This document shows, piece by piece, positions 1 to 7,641 of a stretch of DNA of 8,849 nt. The DNA lies in NCBI RefSeq assembly GCF_006345805.1, contig NW_021828285.1, positions 1 through 8,849 on the forward strand, in the 5' to 3' direction. Source of the DNA: Octopus sinensis. Lineage: Eukaryota. The position numbers were made by a program, and so were the translations under genes. Under the pieces are notes generated by a model. That model worked only from the letters and a program-made list of their open reading frames with translations. It ran no database searches and was not told the DNA's origin. The number at the start of each line of letters is the position of its first letter. Position 1 is the first letter of the stretch.

Positions 1-40
1 TTTCCTGGAAGAGGATCGAATGCATACAAACACCAGGACA

Positions 41-69
41 CATACATACATACATACATATATACATAT

Positions 70-157
<88 letters not shown>
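41..157. repeat. (TACA)n grading into (TA)n microsatellite; probably the expanded tail of the adjacent minus-strand SINE
   Basis: Read directly; abuts the 3' end (…GGTCGATCACGTGAT on minus) of the SINE at 156-455. Confidence 0.95.
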
Positions 158-163
<6 letters not shown>

Positions 164-455
164 ATCGACCAGGCTATCAGATGTTATATATGGATATATC
201 GCTGATCACAATGCGCTTTGCATCATTTTACTTTTCGAATGAAGCCACCCAACTGGTCAGGAAAGAAGAGGCCGACATTGCCATGAGGAGAAGGTTAGTG
301 TCTGTCACAGTGTTACCCATTTACATATGAGGGGACTGGAGCAACATGAAATGAAATGTCTTGCTCAAGAATACAACGCGCGTTCGATCTGGGAGTCAAA
401 CGGACGATCTAGCGATCGTGAGTGCAACACCCAAGCTGCTAGGTCATGTGCCCTC
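156..455 (-). mobile_element. tRNA-derived CORE-type SINE, near full length (octopus OR-like family, tail type A)
   Basis: Minus strand: tRNA-like head GAGGGCACATGACCTAGCAGCTTGGGTGTTGCACTCACGATCG with decayed B box GTTTGACTCC. Then a MIR/CORE-like block TTCTTGAGCAAGACATTTCATTTCATGTTGCTCCAGTCCCCTCATATGTAAATGGG, and a tail ending GCGCATTGTGATCAGCG…CATCTGATAGCCTGGTCGATCACGTGAT followed by (AT)n. Head and core are homologous to 2766-2890. The OR-like label is from recall. Confidence 0.85.
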
Positions 456-458
456 GGG

Positions 459-459
<1 letters not shown>

Positions 460-521
<62 letters not shown>

Positions 522-587
522 ACACACACACACAACACCACACACACACACACTCACACACACACACACACATACACCACACCACTC

Positions 588-618
<31 letters not shown>

Positions 619-738
619 ACACACTCACCCACACACCACACACAACACAACACATACACACACACAACACACACACACACACACACACATACACCACACT
701 CACACACACACACACACACACAACACCCCACACACCCA
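460..738. repeat. Compound (CA)n microsatellite
   Basis: Read directly; source of the His/Thr and Cys/Val pseudo-ORFs. Confidence 0.97.
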
Positions 739-1082
739 TCTAGAGACACATCTGCGTGTGTGTGTGTGTATCCATGCTCGTGATTCTTTATGCGTGAGTC
801 TGTATTTTATCATTTAAAAAAAGAGCGAAGTTGCCATCGACGAGATTCTGGGTTCGATCCCAACTAGGTAACAACTTGGACTGTGTCTTAGTTTTGGGGA
901 TAAAACTGATGAGAGACGGGCAGTGCGAGGGGGGAGGTTATGAGTACGTTTGAGCACATAACCATCTATGATGCTCATCGTCGACAGTGACGGAAGACAC
1001 ATTACGATGAAGAAAGGCGAGTTTATGAGAGAAAAGAAGGCGTGGGCAATACAACACATGGTGTATATACAAATAGATAATT

Positions 1083-1372
1083 GTATGCACTTGTGTGCAT
1101 GTGTGCATGCGTATGTGTGTATGAGGGTGAATGTGTGTGTGTGTGTAAATGAGTATATATGTGTGAACATCTCTCTGTGTGTGTATATATATGTGAGTGT
1201 ACGCTTGTGTGTGTGTGAGTGTGTATGTATATGTGTGTGTATAGGTATGTGTAAGCGTGTACATGTGTTTTTTAGGCAGGATGTTCGAGCGTCTATGTGT
1301 GTGGTACGTTTGTTGGTGTATATGTGTGTGAGTGTGTGTGTGTGTGTGTGTGTGAGTGTGTGTGTGTGTGTT
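1083..1372. repeat. Degenerate (TG)n/(TA)n low-complexity tract
   Basis: Read directly. Confidence 0.9.
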
Positions 1373-1441
1373 ATGCATTTATGTTCAGGGTATTCTGTGC
1401 GAATGCAGAAGTTTCTAATTCGTTCAGTGACTTGCTGCGGG

Positions 1442-1536
<95 letters not shown>

Positions 1537-1872
1537 ATATATATATGTATATATATATAATATATATATACATAATATACATATATATATATATATATAT
1601 GTAATATATATGTATATATATATATTATACTATATACATATATATATATAATATATATATTATATAAATATGTTTGTATATATATATATTATATATAAAT
1701 ATGTTTGATATATATATATATATATATAAATATGTTTGTATATATTATATATATATTATATATATGTATATAATATAATATGTATATATATATGTATATA
1801 TATATGTATATATTATATATATATATATGTTATATATATATGTAATAGATATATATGCTATATATATATGTA

Positions 1873-1910
<38 letters not shown>

Positions 1911-2077
1911 CTATATATGTATATATATATGTGTATATATATATATATATAGGTATTATACATATGTATATATATATGTGATATATATATATATGTATAT
2001 ATCATATGTATATATATGTTTTATATATATATATGTATATATATATGTCATATATATGTATATATATATGTTATATA

Positions 2078-2124
<47 letters not shown>

Positions 2125-2340
2125 GTATATATATATGTGTATATATATATATATGTATATATACATATGTATATATATGTATATATATATGTATATATAT
2201 ATGTTGTATATATATATATATATATATTGTATATATACTATTATCTATATATGTATATATATATATATGTGTGTATGTGTGGTATGCGTTGTTTGTGTAT
2301 TTATTGCGTGTATATGATGTTTATGCCTGTGTATATGTGA
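1442..2340. repeat. ~900-bp compound (TA)n array with TG interruptions, including a 31-bp unit x3 at ~1660-1750
   Basis: Read directly; marker AAATATGTTTG recurs at 1666, 1697 and 1728. Confidence 0.97.
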
Positions 2341-2454
2341 TACACTGAAGCGTACGTGTGTGTGTATCTAACTGCTTATCTTTCTGTCTTCGTTCAAAAG
2401 TGTTACGGCTGATAAAATTACATAACACTAGGGATGATATCCAATAATAAAAGA

Positions 2455-2500
2455 CACACACACACACATACACACACACACACACATACACACACACACA
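2455..2500. repeat. (CA)n microsatellite
   Basis: Read directly. Confidence 0.95.
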
Positions 2501-2591
2501 AAATAAAATGAATTCCGGTGTTCAGCTTGTGTAAACGTTTGTGAAGTTTCGGCTTCCACTAAATTGCATAACGTTACTTTCTGTTATTGAG

Positions 2592-2751
2592 TACTTCGTG
2601 ATTACGATCTGTTTGGAGGCCCTGGAGACGTAGACGGCCTCGATCTGCTTTCGAAACGGGCAAAACAGGAGGCTCCTCTCTCGTTCAGAGGCGGACGTAG
2701 TGCAGATGCGATGAATGCTCGGCGTCAAGTGGCCAGAACTGGTCTATATTT
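2592..2751 (+). CDS. Candidate internal coding exon, unknown product (LRDYDLFGGPGDVDGLDLLSKRAKQEAPLSFRGGRSADAMNARRQVARTGLY)
   Basis: GC-rich non-repetitive island; frame +2 is open from 2591 to ~2800. Possible acceptor ACTTTCTGTTATTGAG (weak GAG, 2590-2591) and donor TT|GTATGT at 2752. No family recognised; boundaries are tentative. Confidence 0.35.
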
Positions 2752-2765
2752 GTATGTGTGTGTGT

Positions 2766-3082
2766 GTGCTCAATGGTTAGGGGATTTGGCTCACGATCGT
2801 GAGGCCGTGAGTTCAATTCCCGACCGCGCGTTGTTTTCTTGAACAAGACACTTTATTATACGCTGCTCTGGTCCACTCATCTGACAAAAATGAGGTCTAC
2901 CTGTAATTCAAAGGGACAGCCTTGTCACACTCTGTGTCACGCTGAATCTCCTTGTGAACTACATTGAGGATACGCGTGTCTGTGGAGTGCGCAGCCACTT
3001 GCATGTTTAATTTCACGAGCAGTCTTCCGTTGATTGGATCAAATGGGACCCTCGTCGTTGTAACCGACGGAGTACCAGTGCA
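2766..3082 (+). mobile_element. tRNA-derived CORE-type SINE, near full length (octopus OR-like family, tail type B)
   Basis: A-box-like GTGCTCAATGGTTAGG (2766-2781) and B box GTTCAATTC (2811-2819). CORE-like block TTCTTGAACAAGACACTTTATT…CCACTCATCTGACAAAAATGAG. Distinct tail …CAGCCTTGTCACACTCTGTGTCACGCTGAATCTCC…GACCCTCGTCGTTGTAACCGACGGAGTACCAG. Confidence 0.85.
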
Positions 3083-3094
3083 GTGCCAGTGATA

Positions 3095-3095
3095 C

Positions 3096-3126
<31 letters not shown>

Positions 3127-3127
3127 A

Positions 3128-3200
<73 letters not shown>
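3095..3200. repeat. (CA)n microsatellite after the SINE tail
   Basis: Read directly. Confidence 0.96.
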
Positions 3201-3201
<1 letters not shown>

Positions 3202-3613
3202 ACGCACAAACGTTTATGTACAGACATATAGATATGTATGTTATAATTTAAGAACATACAGTAAAAAGTTATATTATATACTATATATTATATTACTCCG
3301 TGTTTCGAATGTCGGAGCGAAGAGGTACGATACATTCTTGTCGGCTATTAATGGCAACAGACGCTATGAAAAACCGTCGAATAAAGGGGCAGTAACTCTA
3401 ATAGGTGGAAAAAGAAAAAAAGGGAAAAATACATGCAATCATATTCTCACAATACATAGACATAAACCTCTTGCGTTCACAACGTCTATATACCTACATG
3501 TACACACACACAAACATATACGTATGTACGTACTCATACATACCCGCATATCCACACACCAACACACACACGTATTATATATACATATATATACAGTGAT
3601 CACGGTGGTATAG

Positions 3614-3638
3614 ATATATATATATATATATATATATC

Positions 3639-3700
<62 letters not shown>
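3614..3700. repeat. (TA)n directly joined to (GA)n
   Basis: Read directly; the switch is at ~3666. Confidence 0.96.
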
Positions 3701-3944
3701 GTTATGAGCGGTAATGGTGTCAATAAGACCCAAAGGTGTCAGGTAGTGCTGAGTAAGTGCTATGGACAGATCATAGTTAAGCTCCAAGTTCGCTGATTAT
3801 GCGAAGGAGTCCAACGTAGGTCACACCGTCTCCGATGAAGGGATATAATAAATATCCTGGAAACAGCTGTAAGACCTTCTATTTATAAATGTTCTAAAAT
3901 CTACACAGCCTTGGTTTTTTTTTATCTCATTCTAAAAAAATTAT
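3701..3944 (+). mobile_element. Probable short non-autonomous retroelement carrying the hammerhead-like motif
   Basis: Non-coding module bounded by (GA)n and (TA)n tracts and containing the motif above. An extra hairpin TTCGC-tgattat-GCGAA (3789-3805) lies upstream. Boundaries are approximate. Confidence 0.45.
3828..3875 (+). ncRNA. Minimal type-I hammerhead-ribozyme-like motif (Penelope-like/retrozyme type) with variant core CCGAUGA
   Basis: GTCT(3828-31)-CCGATGA(3832-38)-A-GGGATAT-aataa-ATATCCT-G-GAAA(3860-63)-C-AGCT-G-TA|AGAC(3872-75). Helix I is GTCT/AGAC, helix II has 7 bp, helix III is the palindrome ACAGCTGT, and the GUA cleavage triplet is at 3869-3871. Confidence 0.65.
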
Positions 3945-4101
3945 ATATATATATGTATATATATATATAATAGAATCAAGTAAAGGTAATAAACCTCATT
4001 AAGGGATCATAAATCCAATGAAAATACTGGTTAGTTACCAGTCTATAGAAAGACCAACTATAACATAACCATATAAACCGTGGTTCATATATTTATATAT
4101 T

Positions 4102-4297
4102 TAAAGAATAAGGAGAAGATGGAGAGATAATAAAATTATTTATTAATTATAAAATGACATCTCTGATAGCTGTTTCGATTCAGAAGTCTTTAGATAATTA
4201 ATTTATAAAAATTGAACTAGCTGTCAGAGACGTTGTCATATTTTACAATTAATAAATAATTTTATAAATTATCTCTCCATTTTCTCCTTATTCTTTA
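4102..4297. mobile_element. ~195-bp foldback element (MITE-like or Penelope-derived inverted duplication)
   Basis: Left arm 4103-4171 (AAAGAATAAGGAGAAGATGGAGAGATAAT…TGACATCTCTGATAGCT) matches the reverse complement of right arm 4219-4296 apart from a few substitutions and three small indels. Spacer is ~47 nt. Confidence 0.85.
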
Positions 4298-4335
4298 TAC
4301 ATACATACATACATACATACATACATACATACACA

Positions 4336-4366
<31 letters not shown>

Positions 4367-4382
4367 CCACACACACACACCA
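4297..4382. repeat. (TACA)n then (CA)n microsatellite
   Basis: Read directly. Confidence 0.95.
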
Positions 4383-4387
4383 TATAT

Positions 4388-4568
4388 AAGGAAAGTTTAC
4401 GAAAATAACAAAAGACGAAGGCAGGTGGTGTACAAAACAAACAGATGTATTAGTATAACGCTCAGGAATAGAAAAAGTCTTTTACGTTTCGAGCCTACGC
4501 TCTTCTACAGAAAGGGACACAGAAAAAACAAGGAGAGAAAAAAATATGTGTAGTGGCTAACGATTTAT
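4388..4568 (-). mobile_element. Probable short non-autonomous retroelement carrying the second hammerhead-like motif
   Basis: Non-coding module bracketed by CA and TA/TCTA microsatellites and centred on the motif at 4479-4514. It resembles a short dispersed repeat seen in octopus sequence (recall, not searched). Confidence 0.5.
4479..4514 (-). ncRNA. Minimal type-I hammerhead-ribozyme-like motif (Penelope-like type) with variant core CUGUAGA
   Basis: Minus strand: CTTT-CTGTAGA-A-GAGC-gtag-GCTC-GAAA-CG-TA|AAAG. Helix I is CTTT/AAAG, helix II is GAGC/GCTC, helix III is the loopless palindrome ACGT, and the predicted GUA cleavage is between 4483 and 4482. Confidence 0.65.
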
Positions 4569-4577
4569 ACACAAACA

Positions 4578-4605
4578 CATATATATATTTATATGTATAT
4601 ATCTA

Positions 4606-4671
<66 letters not shown>

Positions 4672-4672
4672 A

Positions 4673-4703
<31 letters not shown>

Positions 4704-4724
4704 ATATATATATATATTATATAT

Positions 4725-4758
<34 letters not shown>
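4578..4758. repeat. (TCTA)n (~4602-4690) flanked by (TA)n
   Basis: Read directly. Confidence 0.96.
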
Positions 4759-5044
4759 AACCCAGGTTTGTGTACAAATACACACACACTTTTGTACTCC
4801 ACGGTATATAAATGGTGAATGGTGCTAGCGTTGGTTTCTTGGTTTCGACGAATTGCAGTCCTAGGCTGGGATCCTCCTCGACCTAAATACTCCTTGAGCA
4901 CTCAGGAACTTTTGCCCCAAACGCAATCAGCGTTACAGTATTTGTTAAACCTCGTGGGTTTCTTTACAATTTCCATTGACACAGTTTCACTTGCGCGGCT
5001 TGGCTGGAGCTGAAGATACGGTTAAAAAAACAAAACAAAAGAAA

Positions 5045-5126
5045 GCCATTGCCCAGGATGACGTGGTGTGGGATCGAAAACTGGTTCTCTTGATTTCGAA
5101 ATGGACTCTTTAACGATTTCACCATG
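5045..5126 (-). mobile_element. Possible decayed tRNA-derived SINE head
   Basis: Minus strand CATGGTGAAATCGTTAAAGAG…CAGTTTTCGATCCCACACCACGTCATCCTGGGCAA: A-box-like and B-box-like spacing followed by a CTGGGCAA core start; heavily diverged. Confidence 0.4.
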
Positions 5127-5217
5127 TAATGTATAATGCATGCAGATGTTAACTCATACTTATGAATATTCAGTACATAGTCCATACATAGCAATACAGA
5201 GAAGGAGGGAGAACTAT

Positions 5218-5790
5218 GCACACACCACACACACACCACACACCACACACACATCCACACACACACATCCATACACACACAGCCACACACACATACACAC
5301 ACACACCACACACATCCACACACACACCACACACAATCCACACACACATCCATACACACACACCACACACACACACCACACACACATCCACACACACATC
5401 CACACACACACACATCCACACACACACAGCCACACACATATGTCCATACACACACATACACATACACATCCACACACACACACCACACACATCCACACAC
5501 ACACCACACACACATCCACACACACATCCACACACACACATCCATACACACACACCACACACACACACCACACACACATCCACACACACACACACATCCA
5601 CACACACACAGCCACACACATATGTCCATACACACACATACACATACACACCACACACTCATCCACACACACACAGCACACACCACACACACACATCCAC
5701 ACCCACATCCACACACACACACAGCCACACACACACATCACACACCACACACATATCCACACACACACACCCAAACACATGTCCATGCAC
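5218..5790. repeat. Compound (CA)n/CATC/CAC array with a higher-order ~182-bp duplication
   Basis: Marker GCCACACACATATGTCCATACACACACATACACATACAC occurs at 5429 and 5611. Confidence 0.95.
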
Positions 5791-6194
5791 ATATACATTT
5801 ACACACGTCTATATAACGCACACAGACACACATACATAGAAGCACCCATAAATGTACACATGCATACACAATTACGCACACAAAATTTATTCACACCAAC
5901 ATAAGGGGCCACACGTACAGACACATACATTAACTGAATGCACATGACCGCATAGAAGCATACACAGGCATCATGCGTGCATATATATACACACATATAT
6001 ACCCAAACACGCACAAAGCTCACCAATATATGAACGAACACCGACAGGGAACAAGCAGAACCTACTTCGCCACACGCACGCACGAGCACCCTTGCATCCT
6101 CTATTTCGCATACACACATGGAATTCGTGCATGTACATACAAATGCAAGCAAACATACACAAACGCAGACACATACATGCATCCTGTCTCCTCC

Positions 6195-6276
6195 ACGCAC
6201 ACACACACACGCAAGCACGCACGTACGTACGCACGCACGCACGCACGCACGCACGCACGGGAGGCAGAGATATGTT

Positions 6277-6306
<30 letters not shown>
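6195..6306. repeat. (CA)n/(GCAC)n followed by (GGCA)n tetranucleotide repeats
   Basis: (GCAC)n ~6231-6258 and (GGCA)n ~6279-6306, read directly. Confidence 0.93.
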
Positions 6307-6307
<1 letters not shown>

Positions 6308-6450
6308 CAGCTGGTGCAAGAGGGAAGGGGGAGAGAACTGTGGAATGCAAACTTCTACCACGTGGAGATCATCTCCCTCTCCGCTCCCCCGCCCCTCGCC
6401 TTCCAACTGCCGCAATTATAAAGCTTCATTTATGTGCGACAGCTGCCCGA
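6308..6450 (+). promoter_or_regulatory. Candidate cis-regulatory island
   Basis: GC-rich unique island with CAGCTG (6308, 6440), TGGAATG (6341, MCAT/TEAD motif), CACGTG (6359), GC box CCCCGCCC (6387) and TATAAA (6417). Motif evidence only. Confidence 0.3.
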
Positions 6451-6469
6451 TAATGGTGTTTGGCTGTTT

Positions 6470-6660
6470 GTGTACGTAAGTGTGTGTGTGTGTGTATGTG
6501 TATGTGTGTATGCATGTGTGTGTATGTATGTGTGTGTGAGTGCATATGTACATGTATGTATATATGTACGTATATACATACATATATATATATATTAATA
6601 CATATATACTTATATATATATTTATACATATTTATAAATATGCCTATATATACATATATA
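6470..6660. repeat. (TG)n grading to (TA)n
   Basis: Read directly. Confidence 0.94.
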
Positions 6661-6869
6661 GACCATTTTCCTTGTCTCTCTCTGTCTTTTCTGTATTCGA
6701 TGGCCATCCATCCGGACGTCATTTCTTTCGCCTCTCGATGTTTTTCTCTTCTTTTATCTGTTCTATATCCTTTCAAAATTTCTTCCAGGCGTTACCCATT
6801 ACAATTCGTCTTGGTCTAACGGTCCCGAATGTCTATATTCGTCCATTGTTTCCTTCCATCTTAGCCAAA

Positions 6870-7509
6870 TAAAACAGCCCCTGATATATTAAAGGAAAAT
6901 GTGACCAAAGGTCACTGAATGGCAAATACCCGAAAGAAATTATGGATTCTGATGTAGATCAAACCCTTACACATTAGTGATTGTTATGCTCTGGTCTCAA
7001 ATCAGAAATTGAAGTGTATATCATTGCTACTTTGAACCAGTCCCTTCCAGCTTGAAATTTCCAGAGTAATGTCCTGAAACATGAAAGCTGCTTATCATGC
7101 AACATATGTGGGGAGCATCCGCAGACAATCGACTGCATAATCTCTGAATGCAGCAGACCGGTACTAACAGAATACTTGCAAAGATATGGCAGGGTAGCTC
7201 TGTAATTGCATTGGTCAATATGCCGCACACACAACCTCCCTCACAAAATCAATTGGTGGGAACACAAACCACCACAAGTTGTCCAGAATGCCGAGATCGC
7301 CGTCCTTTGGAACTTCAAGGTTTAGGTTGATCGGAAAATATAGTAAAAGCGACCAGATCACATTGTGAAAAATCACATTGAAAAGACTTGTCTTCTGATT
7401 GATGTTGCAGACCCAACTGACAAAAACTCTGAAAAACGTTTGAAAAAGTGAGCAAATATAAGGTTCTGAAGATTGAAATTAGAAGAATGTGACATCTCAA
7501 AGTAACAAC
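6870..7509 (+). mobile_element. Degenerate 3' portion of an RLE-type non-LTR retrotransposon (R4/Dong-like): post-RT region, CCHC knuckle and restriction-like endonuclease
   Basis: Frame +3 reads QRSLNGKYPKEIMDSDVDQTLTH**LLCSGLKSEIEVYIIATLNQSLPA*NFQSNVLKHESCLSCNICGEHPQTIDCIISECSRPVLTEYLQRYGRVAL*LHWSICRTHNLPHKINWWEHKPPQVVQNAEIAVLWNFKV*VDRKI**KRPDHIVKNHIEKTCLLIDVADPTDKN. After a frameshift near 7440 it reads FEKVSKYKVLKIEIRRM*HLKVTT. This matches the family pattern LHG…GLKxETE…QDQ…CxxC(x8)H(x4)C…RH…HW…RPD…ID…EK..KY. Multiple stops show it is dead. Confidence 0.92.
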
Positions 7510-7641
7510 ATTATTATTATTATTATTAGGGTACTTTCGGGGTCGGTAAAATAAGTACCAGTTGAACATTGGTGTTGGTATAATCAACTTCTCACACACC
7601 CCAAATTGCTGGCCTTGTGCCATAATTCGAAGCCACTATTA
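7510..7641 (+). mobile_element. 5'-truncated copy of the second tRNA-derived SINE, preceded by (TTA)6 and inserted into the LINE fragment
   Basis: CTTTCGGGGTCGGTAAAATAAGTACCAGTTGAACATTGG…CCAAATTGCTGGCCTTGTGCC…GAAGCCACTATTATT aligns to the 3' half of the element at 7908-8148. It interrupts the LINE frame between KVTT and IIEVLGMI. Confidence 0.85.

Noticed and set aside
825-890. GGTTCGATCC B-box, possible tRNA gene
   Set aside because: No A box at proper spacing and no cloverleaf; at most a decayed SINE head.
1389-1440. Possible 52-nt exon TTCAG|…|GTATAT
   Set aside because: Weak donor, poor pyrimidine tract and no recognisable peptide.
2630-2690. Minus-strand CTGAACGA…GAAA as a hammerhead
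   Set aside because: Helix II is not adjacent to GAAA, and helices I and III do not form.
2602-2700. Frame +1 WRRRRPRSAF resembling a homeodomain N-terminal arm
   Set aside because: Bounded by stops at 2599 and 2698 with no helix motifs following; chance similarity.
4015-4066. CAATGA…CTGGT-tagtt-ACCAG…GAAA as a hammerhead
   Set aside because: The core is too degenerate and there is no helix III or NUH; only the 5-bp hairpin is real.
20-6819. Long His/Thr, Cys/Val and Tyr/Ile ORFs in the supplied track (for example 5140-5904, 4964-5734, 1855-2340)
   Set aside because: They are translations of CA, TG and TA microsatellites, which lack stop codons; they overlap on both strands and show no domain.
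6789-6872. Strong plus-strand acceptor TTTCTTCCAG at 6779-6788 with GVTHYNSSWSNG (GnRH/kinin-like)
   Set aside because: The peptide lacks the diagnostic residues and cleavage sites, there is no good donor, and it runs into the LINE fragment; left as unexplained unique sequence.
6974-7623. ORFs 6974-7234(-), 7027-7230(-), 7148-7330(+), 7315-7623(-)
   Set aside because: They are off-frame or antisense readings of the dead retrotransposon; the true homology is in the stop-interrupted +3 frame.
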